Shown: positions 52,020 through 61,045 of the stretch, one piece after another
How positions within the stretch are numbered: position 1 is the stretch's first letter
Layout of the letters: each line of letters opens with the position of its first letter
NCBI GenBank assembly: GCA_965249275.1
Contig: CBDFLQ010000005.1
Location: 96,001 to 160,000, forward strand
Direction: 5' to 3'
DNA: 64,000 bases
Origin: Dehalococcoidia bacterium
GTDB lineage: Bacteria > Chloroflexota > Dehalococcoidia > Plut-88900
The notes under the pieces: generated by a model
The model's input: only the letters and a program-made list of their open reading frames with translations
What the model was told of the DNA's origin: nothing
The model's database searches: none
Made by a program: the position numbers and the translations under genes

Positions 52020-53750
52020 ATAGCTAAGCCCATCAACAAGCATATCCGCTACGAGCCCGACGAGCGGCCGCCGTATCTAACATCCATCGGCACATCCATA
52101 CAGGCCGGAACGCTCGGTCTCGGGATGATCTCCTTGATCCCCATTGCGATCGTCCACGCGGCCGGGCAGGAAGAGAGTTACCTGGAGTGGATGGTCTTCA
52201 CCGTCATTGCCATCAGTGGTGTCGGCATGATCCTGCATGCGATCCGGTTCGGAAGGATCGGGGCCGGGCAGTTGTCCTTATTGACCACTTCTGCCACCTT
52301 CATTCCGGTGAGTATTGCCACACTTATAGAAGTTGGACCGGCCACCCTCGCCACGTTAGTAGTCTTCTCCTCGCCGGTAAATTTCCTGGTGTCGGCGTAC
52401 CTTCCGTTGCTGCGGCGCATCATCACCCCTTTGGTCGCAGGCACTATGCTTATGCTGATTGGAGCCTCCTTCATGCCGGCCGCGTTCGAATTACTCGACC
52501 AAGTGCCGGAAGACAAATCGGCGGTCGCCTTGGCCGTGGCCAGCGCCACCGTGCTCACAGTCGTTTTGTTGATGCTGCGCGGTCGCGGCTTCTGGCGATT
52601 GTGGACGTTGGTTATCGGTGTTTCGGTAGGATCCACAATGTCTATATTCGTTGGCCTGTACGACATAGAAGGGATCAAGAACGCTGCTTGGATAGGCTTG
52701 CCTTCAGTCAGCGCTTGGCCCGGCTTCGACCTGAGCCCCAGTACTCAGTTCTGGGCGCTTCTATCGGTGTTCCTACTGGTCACCTTCGCCAATGCCGTCA
52801 AGACTATTGGCAGCGCCATCGTCGTAGAGCAAGCGTCGTGGCGCTATGAGCGCCCGGTCGGATACAGAACTGTGCAGGGGGCCCTCAACGCGGATGGCCT
52901 CACGAGTACGTTATGCGGTATTGCGGGAACACCACCGAGCACGTCAATTCCTGATACGGCATCGTTCATCGCCTTCACTGGCGTAGCTGCGCGTCGGGTT
53001 GGTGTTTTGACGGGACTCATATTTATAGTAGTGGCGTTTCTGCCAAAATTAACAGCCCCCCTGCTTGCCATCCCTAACCCTGTGGTGGGAGCGTTACTCT
53101 TCATCCTTGGAGCGATGATTTTCATACAAGGCTTCAAGATAGTATTTCAGGATGGCATAGACACCAGAAAAGCCATTATCGTAGGAGTGTCTCTCTGGCT
53201 CGGAATAGGCTTTCAAGGCAATCTGATTCTCCCCCACGATCTTGTCGGAGAGCTTCACATCCTTTTCGACAATGGCGTGATGATCGGAGGAATGACAGCT
53301 CTGCTCCTGACCGGATTCATGTGGCTTACCTCTCCCCGTCGGAAGAAACTCAATACCCGGCTTGATCCTTCCTCCGTACCAGAGATCGACGAATTCCTCT
53401 CTGAGTTCGCGTCGAAAATCGGATGGGACGAGGCAGCATCAGGAAAGCTCCGCGCCGCTGGCGAGGAAGCCCTGACCGCCCTGGTATCCTTGTACAAAGA
53501 GTCTGATACAGGCGAGACGCGAAAGTTGCTCATCCTTGCCCGCCGCGACGAGGACCTGGTGGAGGTGGAACTCATATCCGGGCCTTCCTCCGAGAACCTG
53601 GAAGTCAGATTAAGCAACCTCGCCGAACGGCCCGATACAGAGCAAGAAGAAGACATATCGTTGCGGTTGCTTCGCCACTATGCAACTTCAGTGCGGCACC
53701 GTAACTATCATAACGTCGACATAGTAACCATGCGCGTGGAGCAGGGTTGA
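52020..53750 (+). CDS. NCS2 (xanthine/uracil) permease with C-terminal RsbW/HATPase-like extension
   Basis: IRYEPDERPP N-terminus is in frame from ATA 52020 after AGGAG; FTGVAARRVG, PKL..IPNPVVG; soluble ~140-aa tail. Confidence 0.85.
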   Translation: MAKPINKHIRYEPDERPPYLTSIGTSIQAGTLGLGMISLIPIAIVHAAGQEESYLEWMVFTVIAISGVGMILHAIRFGRIGAGQLSLLTTSATFIPVSIATLIEVGPATLATLVVFSSPVNFLVSAYLPLLRRIITPLVAGTMLMLIGASFMPAAFELLDQVPEDKSAVALAVASATVLTVVLLMLRGRGFWRLWTLVIGVSVGSTMSIFVGLYDIEGIKNAAWIGLPSVSAWPGFDLSPSTQFWALLSVFLLVTFANAVKTIGSAIVVEQASWRYERPVGYRTVQGALNADGLTSTLCGIAGTPPSTSIPDTASFIAFTGVAARRVGVLTGLIFIVVAFLPKLTAPLLAIPNPVVGALLFILGAMIFIQGFKIVFQDGIDTRKAIIVGVSLWLGIGFQGNLILPHDLVGELHILFDNGVMIGGMTALLLTGFMWLTSPRRKKLNTRLDPSSVPEIDEFLSEFASKIGWDEAASGKLRAAGEEALTALVSLYKESDTGETRKLLILARRDEDLVEVELISGPSSENLEVRLSNLAERPDTEQEEDISLRLLRHYATSVRHRNYHNVDIVTMRVEQG

Positions 53751-53754
53751 TCTA

Positions 53755-54261
53755 ATGAATGCAGGTATCACCGCCGGAGCCATCGCTGCCATCGTGGCCG
53801 TGCTGGTATCTTTACCTCTAACGTCCCCCGACGACTCCCTCCTCAACTCGGCCTCAGTCGGCATCGCCTCCCTTCTAGTAGGCCTGCTCGCAGGTCTTAT
53901 GTGGCGAATGCTTATCAACACTCAGGGTCGACCCACAAAGTTCGGGGTCCTTTGGGGAGTTTCATCCGTGACCGTCGGGGCGATGCTCCTGTCAGCCTTC
54001 GCCGTCCAGCTGGACAATCTGATCCCCTTCGCCCTTCCCCTGGTCGTCATCGTTTGCCTTATCACAGGCGTCTTGACTCCTCTATTGGGCCGCGACCCCT
54101 CGCCATTGCGCTGGTGGGTTGCTCCGGCAGCGGTTGCCGTAGTGCTCGCCCTGGCCATACCTCTTGCCAACGTAGGCGACGGAGAGTCCGGGAGGCTGGA
54201 GCTCCCCCCTAAGTCGGGCCTTGTACAACCGGCACCTTCAATGTACCTTGAAACCCTATAG
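53755..54261 (+). CDS. Membrane protein
   Basis: Five hydrophobic segments; operonic spacing. Confidence 0.7.
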   Translation: MNAGITAGAIAAIVAVLVSLPLTSPDDSLLNSASVGIASLLVGLLAGLMWRMLINTQGRPTKFGVLWGVSSVTVGAMLLSAFAVQLDNLIPFALPLVVIVCLITGVLTPLLGRDPSPLRWWVAPAAVAVVLALAIPLANVGDGESGRLELPPKSGLVQPAPSMYLETL

Positions 54262-54279
54262 CCGGTCCGGAGGTCCTGA

Positions 54280-55032
54280 ATGCCAGTAACCCCGCCACGG
54301 GCCAAGACTTTTGTCGCCGCCATCGCCCTGGCCCTGATTCTCCTCCTCGCCGCAGCCTGCGGCTCTGTCGATGTCACCGTAGAACGCACAACTTCTACTC
54401 CCGCCCCGGACCCCACCCCTACATCGGCTCCCGCCGATGCTCCTGCACCTACGGCAGCTCCTGCTGATACACCCACCCCCACCCAACCCCCACCCGCCGA
54501 GCCCGGCTCATATGAAGGCGTCACCTACGTTGTCGGAGAAGGTTCGGAGGCTACCTTCACCGTGGAAGAGAAGCTGTCCAGCCTTCCCTTGCCCAACGAC
54601 GCCGTAGTCCGCACCACAGCCCTTTCCGGTGAGGTCCACTTCGACGGTCGGCCCTCAGTTATCGAAATCCAACTCCACGAGCTCGAAAGCGACCAGTCCC
54701 GCCGAGACCGCTACATCCGCGAGAGGATGTTCCCCAACGACCCTGTCGCCACCTTCACCCTCCCCGACTCCCGTCCCCTCCCCGAAGGCTTCTCCGACGG
54801 CAATGAGGTCTCCATAGAGATAACCGGCCAGCTCGAACTTAAAGGCGTCCAGGCCCCTGTCATCTTCCAGATCGAGGCCCGGGACGACGGCGACGTGGTG
54901 CACATTCTCGGGCGCACCTCCTTCGTTTGGTCCGACTTCGGGATGACCGCCCCCATCGTCGGGAGCTTCGTCAGCGTCACAGACGAAGTCGCCGTCGAGA
55001 TTCTCATCTCCGCCCGACCCTCAGGCGGTTGA
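54280..55032 (+). CDS. YceI-family lipoprotein
   Basis: LAAAC lipobox, Pro/Thr linker, SDQSRRD, GQLELKGV, WSDFGM. Confidence 0.85.
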   Translation: MPVTPPRAKTFVAAIALALILLLAAACGSVDVTVERTTSTPAPDPTPTSAPADAPAPTAAPADTPTPTQPPPAEPGSYEGVTYVVGEGSEATFTVEEKLSSLPLPNDAVVRTTALSGEVHFDGRPSVIEIQLHELESDQSRRDRYIRERMFPNDPVATFTLPDSRPLPEGFSDGNEVSIEITGQLELKGVQAPVIFQIEARDDGDVVHILGRTSFVWSDFGMTAPIVGSFVSVTDEVAVEILISARPSGG

Positions 55033-55046
55033 TCAGAAGACACGGT

Positions 55047-56051
55047 ATGAAATTCGGTCTATTTATCAACGCCCAGCACCCGGTCGGCGAGTCCGTCTCT
55101 CAGCGCATCGCCGACGCCTCCGAACAGACCCGCCTCGCCCGCGAAGCCGGCTTCGACATGATATGTGCCGGCCAGCACTACCTCTCCCACCCATACCAGA
55201 TGAGTGCCATCATCCCCCTCCTGGCCAGACTCACCGCAGACGCCGAGGGCATGGAGATCGCGGCTACGGTACTCCTCATCCCTCTTCTCAACCCTGTGGA
55301 CGTCGCCGAGACCTGCGCCACCCTCGACGCCATGTCCGGTGGCCACTTCGTTCTGGGAATTGGGATCGGGTACCGGGACGAGGAGTACACCGCCTTTGGT
55401 ATCCAACGCTCCGAGCGCATCCCCCGCCTCAACGAGGCCATGGATATCATCCGCCTTCTCTGGACCAAAGATGAGGTCGAATATAACGGCACCTATTACA
55501 AAGTTCCCAAAGTCCGGGTCGCCACCCGGCCCGTGCAAAAGCCCCATCCGCCCATATGGGTAGCCGCCAACGGGCCTCCGGCCATCGCAAGGGCTGCTCG
55601 CTGGGGATATCCCTGGGTCATCAATCCCCACGCCACCATCGGTTTGATTTCGGGCCAGCTTGATTACTACCGAAAGATCGCCGCAGAGGCCGGTCAGGCC
55701 ATGCCCGCTACGCTGCCCATGATGCGCGAGCTCTACGTGGCTCCCGATTCCGCAACCGCCTACGCCGAAAGCCGACCCTACCTCGAGAGCAAGTACGCCG
55801 CCTACGCATCTTGGGGGCAGGACAAGGAACTCCCCGAAGGTGAGTCCTTCTCCGTCCCCTTTGACCAGCTTGCGCGAGACCGCTTCCTTATCGGCAATCC
55901 CGAGGAAGTCGTCCGCGAGATCCAGCGCTACCGCGACGAACTGGGCGTCAACCACCTGAACATACGGGTACAGTGGCCCGGGATGCCCCACGCCAACGCC
56001 ATGCGTCAGCTGGAGATCCTCGGCAAGGAAGTCCTTCCCAGGTTCCGGTAG
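55047..56051 (+). CDS. LLM-class flavin-dependent oxidoreductase
   Basis: MKFGLF, AETCATLD.MSGG, GIGYRDEEY, PVQKPHPPIW. Confidence 0.92.
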   Translation: MKFGLFINAQHPVGESVSQRIADASEQTRLAREAGFDMICAGQHYLSHPYQMSAIIPLLARLTADAEGMEIAATVLLIPLLNPVDVAETCATLDAMSGGHFVLGIGIGYRDEEYTAFGIQRSERIPRLNEAMDIIRLLWTKDEVEYNGTYYKVPKVRVATRPVQKPHPPIWVAANGPPAIARAARWGYPWVINPHATIGLISGQLDYYRKIAAEAGQAMPATLPMMRELYVAPDSATAYAESRPYLESKYAAYASWGQDKELPEGESFSVPFDQLARDRFLIGNPEEVVREIQRYRDELGVNHLNIRVQWPGMPHANAMRQLEILGKEVLPRFR

Positions 56052-56066
56052 ACGGGCCTGAGAAAC

Positions 56067-57029
56067 ATGAAGGCAGAGGCAATGAACCAGCTAGTAATAC
56101 GAGACCGCACCACCGTCGGCATTGCCGTTCCCCAAATGTTCCCGCCCGGGCCCACAGACCTGGGCCTCATCCGGGAGCACTTAACCCTCGTTGAGCAGCT
56201 GGGCTACGAAAGCGTCTGGACCCAGCATGGAGTCTTTGCCACCAGCCCCAACCTGGACCCTTTCACCCTCCTCGCCTTCGCCGCATCATGCACCCAAACC
56301 ATCAAGCTCGGCATCTCCGTCGTCGTCCTTCCCTACCACGATCCCGTGAATGTAGCCAAGATATCGGCGAGCCTGGACCAGATCTCGGGAGGTCGGCTCA
56401 TCCTGGGAGTGGGAATAGGCGGGGACGGTGAATCCTACCCGGCCTTCGGATTCGACGCCTCCCACCGGATTGCCCGCTTCGAAGATGCTGTCACCCTGAT
56501 CCGCAGGCTGTGGGCCGAGCCCAGCGTCGACTTCCAAAACAACTTCTGGAACCTGGATAACGTCTCCATAAACCCAAAGCCCGTCCAGAAACCTCACATT
56601 CCCATCTGGTTCGGCGCTTCCGCCGACTCCGCGGTCGAGCGTGCAGCCAGAATGGGCGACGGGTTCATGGGTGCAGGTGCCGCAAACGCCTCCGATATCG
56701 CCGCGTTCAGGAAGGTTCTCGCCAAGCTGCGCTCTGCCCTCGAAGAGAACGGCCGAGACCCTGCCGCCTTCCCCATCTCCAAACGGGTCTACCTGGCCAT
56801 CGACGATGACAGGGAGTCCGCCAACAGAAAGATCCAGCAGTGGTTCCTGGACCACTACCACAGCGCCGAACTCGGGATGAAGGTCTCACTGATAGGCTCC
56901 GTGGATGAGATCGTTGACAAGCTCGGCCCCCTGGCCGAGGAGGAGCTGGACATGATCATGTTCAACCCAGTCTACAATCTCATCGAGCACGCCCAGGTAA
57001 TCGCCGAACGGGTTGTGCCCCAACTCTAG
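56067..57029 (+). CDS. LLM-class flavin-dependent oxidoreductase
   Basis: LDPFTLL, ASLDQISGGRLILGVG, PKPVQKPHIPIWFG. Confidence 0.92.
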   Translation: MKAEAMNQLVIRDRTTVGIAVPQMFPPGPTDLGLIREHLTLVEQLGYESVWTQHGVFATSPNLDPFTLLAFAASCTQTIKLGISVVVLPYHDPVNVAKISASLDQISGGRLILGVGIGGDGESYPAFGFDASHRIARFEDAVTLIRRLWAEPSVDFQNNFWNLDNVSINPKPVQKPHIPIWFGASADSAVERAARMGDGFMGAGAANASDIAAFRKVLAKLRSALEENGRDPAAFPISKRVYLAIDDDRESANRKIQQWFLDHYHSAELGMKVSLIGSVDEIVDKLGPLAEEELDMIMFNPVYNLIEHAQVIAERVVPQL

Positions 57030-57124
57030 CAACTCTGATAACCCGTCCATATTGTGCACGGATCGTTAATGCCTGCTATCATCTACGCTGTCTCATTCAC
57101 GCCCACTATCAGGAGACCGCAGAC

Positions 57125-58615
57125 ATGCAGACCCTAGCCCAACTGCTCGACGCCGGGGCCCCGGACAAAACCGCCGTGGTAACGCCCAACGGCCCGAGCC
57201 TTACCTACCGGCAGCTCCGAGACCAGGTCGAAGAGTTGGCCTCTACCCTGTCCGCCGCCGGCCTCTCCAGTGGACAGGCAGCGTCCATAGTCCTGGGCAA
57301 CGACATCCGATTCGTAGCCACTTTCCTCGCCGTGGCCCGGCTGGGAGCGGTCGCCGCCCCCCTCAACCCCAACTACACCGAAGAGGAGTATCGTTTCTAC
57401 ATGGAGGACGCAGGCGCTTCACTGGCCATACTCCCGCCGGAGGAGCACCCCGCCCGGGGAGCGGCCCAAGAGCTAGGACTTCTTTGCATCGAGGCCCATG
57501 ACTCGGGTGACGGCGCAGTCCGCCTGACGCGGGACGGCACAACACTAGTGGGCAAGGGCCAGCCCGAAGGCCCCACCCCCGACGACATAGCCCTCTTCCT
57601 CCACACTAGCGGCACTACCAGCCGACCCAAGGGTGTTCCGCTCAGCCACGCTAACCTCGCATCGTCCCTCGATAACATCGTGGGAACCTACGGCCTCTCG
57701 GAAGAGGACAGGGCCCTGATGATAATGCCCCTCTTCCACGTCCACGGTCTCATCGGCGTCCTTTTCTCCACCTTCGCCAGCGGAGGCACGACCATCGTCC
57801 CAAGCCGATTCAGCGCCAGCAACTTCTGGCCCGTGGCCCTGGAGCAGGCCGCCACCTGGTACTCGGGCGTACCGACCATGCACCAGATCCTTCTCTCCCG
57901 CGCCGACAGCGACAACGCTCCCCGTGGCACGTTCCGCTTCATTCGCTCCTGCAGCGCCGCCCTGGCTCCCGCCGTTCTCGATGGCATGGAGGCTCGCTTC
58001 GACTCCCCCGTCCTAGAGGCATACGGCATGACCGAGGCATCCCACCAGATGTCCTCCAACCCCCTGCCTCCGGCTCAGCGCTTTGCAGGGACCGTTGGCC
58101 GAGGAACCGGTGTCCGGATCGCCATTATGGACGAGGCCGGGGGTATGCTCGCAGACGGGGACCGGGGCGAAGTCGTGATCATGGGGCCCAACGTCATGAA
58201 AGGCTATCGCAACAACCCACGGGCCAACGCCTCCTCCTTTACAGACGGCTGGTTCAGGACTGGAGACCAGGGCTTCCTCGACGATCTCGGATACCTCAAC
58301 ATCACGGGCCGTTTGAAGGAGCTGATCAATCGCGGCGGCGAGAAGATCGCTCCCCTGGAGGTGGACGCAGTCCTTGCCCAGCACCCCGCCGTGCAGGACG
58401 CCATCTGCTTCGGCGTCCCTGACGAAAAATTCGGCGAGGAAGTCCACGCCGCCGTCGTCCTCAACGGAGACGCTACGCAGGAGGACATCCAGGCCTTCTG
58501 CCAAAAGCACCTAATCGATTTCAAGGTTCCCAAGACCGTACACATAGTCGACACCCTTCCGCGCACGGCCACCGGTAAGATACAGCGCAGAAACGTCGCA
58601 GCACTGTTTAGCTAA
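57125..58615 (+). CDS. Acyl-CoA synthetase, oxalate--CoA ligase (AAE3/Pcs60)-like
   Basis: HTSGTTSRPKG, PLFHVHGL, FIRSCS, YGMTEASHQMSSNPLPP, TGKIQRR. Confidence 0.88.
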   Translation: MQTLAQLLDAGAPDKTAVVTPNGPSLTYRQLRDQVEELASTLSAAGLSSGQAASIVLGNDIRFVATFLAVARLGAVAAPLNPNYTEEEYRFYMEDAGASLAILPPEEHPARGAAQELGLLCIEAHDSGDGAVRLTRDGTTLVGKGQPEGPTPDDIALFLHTSGTTSRPKGVPLSHANLASSLDNIVGTYGLSEEDRALMIMPLFHVHGLIGVLFSTFASGGTTIVPSRFSASNFWPVALEQAATWYSGVPTMHQILLSRADSDNAPRGTFRFIRSCSAALAPAVLDGMEARFDSPVLEAYGMTEASHQMSSNPLPPAQRFAGTVGRGTGVRIAIMDEAGGMLADGDRGEVVIMGPNVMKGYRNNPRANASSFTDGWFRTGDQGFLDDLGYLNITGRLKELINRGGEKIAPLEVDAVLAQHPAVQDAICFGVPDEKFGEEVHAAVVLNGDATQEDIQAFCQKHLIDFKVPKTVHIVDTLPRTATGKIQRRNVAALFS

Positions 58616-58616
58616 T

Positions 58617-58817
58617 ATGCCTAAATCAAAGCCTCAAATCCCCCGCCCCTGGTCCCGAGCCCTCCTCTGGGCCGCGGCAATCACGTTGGGAATAGTCCTG
58701 GCTACTGCCGTTATCAACCCTCTCTTCGACCGCGTCGTTAACTGGGGGTTGCTAACCATATTCGCTATGCTGATCTTCATAGCGCTCGTCTCGGCCTTCC
58801 GTAGGCGCTGGATATAG
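58617..58817 (+). CDS. Small two-TM membrane protein
   Basis: Two hydrophobic helices; 1 nt after the ligase stop. Confidence 0.55.
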   Translation: MPKSKPQIPRPWSRALLWAAAITLGIVLATAVINPLFDRVVNWGLLTIFAMLIFIALVSAFRRRWI

Positions 58818-58820
58818 CCA

Positions 58821-59370
58821 CCCATCCCCAGGCGGGGGGCCGCTCACCCTGAGCCAGCTGGAAGTGCGCCTTTGGAGCATCGAAGGGTCGAGCGGAGGTG
58901 GCCCACGTACAGCCAATCCGTCACGCTCACCTTCATCCCAACCCAGCCTCTTTACCCTGTCATCCCGAGGCTCCGCGAGGGATCTGGGGAGTGGAGTCCA
59001 GTCCCCTCTCCCTTGACGGGTCGTAGATGCTGAAAGTGCGCCTTTGGCCTGCACCGAGGCGTGAGAGGGCTAGGGTCGAAGACTCGCCTAGGAGAGTCGT
59101 AGGCTCCCCGAGGAGAGTGAGGGTGATCCCATCCCCCGGCGCGGGGCCGCTCATCCGCCTCAGGCGGAAGGCACTCGAAGGGTCGAGCAGAGGTGGCCCA
59201 CGCACAGCCAATCCGTCACGCCCACCTTCATCCCAACCCAGCCTCTTTACCCTGTCATCCCGAGGCTCCGCGAGGGATCTGGGGAGTGGGGTCCAGTCCC
59301 CCCTCCCTCGACGGGTCGTAGATGCTGAAAGTGCACCTTTGGCGTACACCGAGGCGTGAGAGGGCTAGGG
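58821..59370. repeat. Tandem duplication (~300 bp) of a composite palindromic repeat cluster
   Basis: ~58821-59127 and ~59128-59370 share families C, A and B and their spacers in the same order. Confidence 0.85.
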
Positions 59371-59607
59371 CCGTAGGGATGGTTCCCGAACCGCCCCGCC
59401 GCATAGTGTGACGAGGCAGGTGCAAAACTACCAAAAAGAGTAGTTTAGCTATGAAAACCAACCAGAATGGCTCTCGAAAGGCCCTAGCCCGGCACCGGGA
59501 CAAGATGAAGACGATAGAGAATCGCTGTGCGGCTAACGAAGAAGTCGTTGAAGACTACATCCCCGGCTTAGTGAGGTCGATGCCATGGTAGATTCGCAGC
59601 ATGATTC

Positions 59608-59700
59608 TCATTCGGCCGAGGTCGTGGCAGCAGTAGGGGTGGTCTCGGAACAGGCCAAAGCAGCGGCAACTATCAGCAAGATGATGAATAGATGCCTCAT
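59608..59700 (-). pseudogene. Truncated lipoprotein paralogous to the DsbA N-terminus
   Basis: MRHLFIILLIVAAALACSETTPTAATTSAE* vs MRHLFVVISLIVVATLACADA; ATGA overlap with the DsbA stop. Confidence 0.6.
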
Positions 59701-60626
59701 CGGTCGTTGCTTTGCTGGAGTAACTGGTCCAGTATAGGCCCGAGGGTTTCGATGCCAATCGCTCCGACACGCATGATCCACTGATCGCCGCTCCGTATCA
59801 ACAATGTCGGCACAGACTGAACCTCCAGGGCATCCCCAAAAGAGCCGTCAGCCTCCACGGCTTGTGCGTAGCGCTCTTCTTCGAGACACGCAGTGAATCG
59901 GGGCACGTCCAGCCTAAGGGTGCCGGCCAGTTCGAACATCCCCTCCCGCTCAAGAGGCCCATCCTGGTAAATCCGATCATGGAACTGCCAGAACGCACCC
60001 TGCTCACCGGCGCACTCAGAGCCCAGCGCCTGTAGCCGGGAGTGGGCGCCAAAGATGACGAAGTGGCGGTAGACCAACTTTACCTGACCCTGCTGGATGT
60101 AGGTTGGCCTGATCTCCAAACCCGTTCTTTCCGCCCACCACCGACAGGCCGGGCATTGGAAATCCCCGAACTTCTCCAGCGTAACCGGTGCTTCTGGGTC
60201 CCCGAGAACGTTCCAGCCACGGTCCTCAGGAGCTGGCGGCAGTGGCGGTGATGGCGTTGGGGTCGGCCTGGGTATGGCGGTTGGCGTCGGCACCGGCGTC
60301 GGGGTAGCGGTCGGCGGCGGCGCTGGAGTTGGTGTAGCACTCGGAATCGGTGAGGGCACGGCAGTAGGGGCCGAAGTCGCTGTTGGTGTGGTGGTAGGAG
60401 TTGCGGCAGGAGCTGCTATGGCCGCTGTGGTAGGCCGTGGTGCCATCGTGGGAGTCGGCATCGACATCGGTCGAGGCGTCGAAGTCGGTGTAGGCGCGGG
60501 CCTAGTGGGTATAGTCGTAAGAACGGGCATCGCCGTGGGAGTTGGCAAGACCGTAGGGGCTGTCGCATCGGCACAGGCCAGAGTAGCGACAACTATCAAC
60601 GAGATGACCACGAATAGGTGTCTCAT
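59697..60626 (-). CDS. DsbA/thioredoxin-like lipoprotein with Pro/Thr linker
   Basis: TLAC lipobox; GDPEAPVTL..GDFQCPAC; SVPT cis-Pro loop. Confidence 0.9.
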   Translation of the reverse strand: MRHLFVVISLIVVATLACADATAPTVLPTPTAMPVLTTIPTRPAPTPTSTPRPMSMPTPTMAPRPTTAAIAAPAATPTTTPTATSAPTAVPSPIPSATPTPAPPPTATPTPVPTPTAIPRPTPTPSPPLPPAPEDRGWNVLGDPEAPVTLEKFGDFQCPACRWWAERTGLEIRPTYIQQGQVKLVYRHFVIFGAHSRLQALGSECAGEQGAFWQFHDRIYQDGPLEREGMFELAGTLRLDVPRFTACLEEERYAQAVEADGSFGDALEVQSVPTLLIRSGDQWIMRVGAIGIETLGPILDQLLQQSNDR

Positions 60627-60958
60627 CTAATGTGCTGCATTATTCGTGCCCAAAGTGACCAATCGCCGACGAAATGGTCAACGAGCTTCTTCCAGACATC
60701 GAAGTAGCCCTGGCTGAAGGGCGAGTTGATCTCTTCCTTATGGTGGCCTCGGCACTGGAATGCCGGGGTCCTCCGCGTTTATGCCACCTCTATGTGAAAC
60801 GCTTGTGCAATATATAAGGATTTCATGCCTAAAGTCAATAAGGATTAGGCACGAATTTCACAGGTGTAAAACTACCAGCAAACTCGTTAGCTCCGGCCTT
60901 CACACTAGGCGTAAACCTCCGATTTTCGAGTTTTGCACCCACCAGTGACACCAACCCC

Positions 60959-60988
60959 TTGACCAAATCAAAACATTTGTACTATATT
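60959..60988 (+). promoter_or_regulatory. sigma70 promoter with LexA-type box
   Basis: TTGACC-18-TATATT with AAAC-ATTT-GTAC at 60971-60982; same geometry as 14127-14156. Confidence 0.55.
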
Positions 60989-61045
60989 GCACCCCAGGCC
61001 CGACACCCCACGTCGGCCCTAATCAGGAAAGGGCATAGGAGTCCC

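Larger units (their letters stand above)
59413..60944. mobile_element. Non-autonomous cargo element with ends related to the 6980-13959 transposon
   Basis: GAGGCAGGTGCAAAACT (59413-59429) ... GAGTTTTGCACC (60928-60939); GTGAC on both flanks; extra end-like copy near 60861. Confidence 0.6.
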
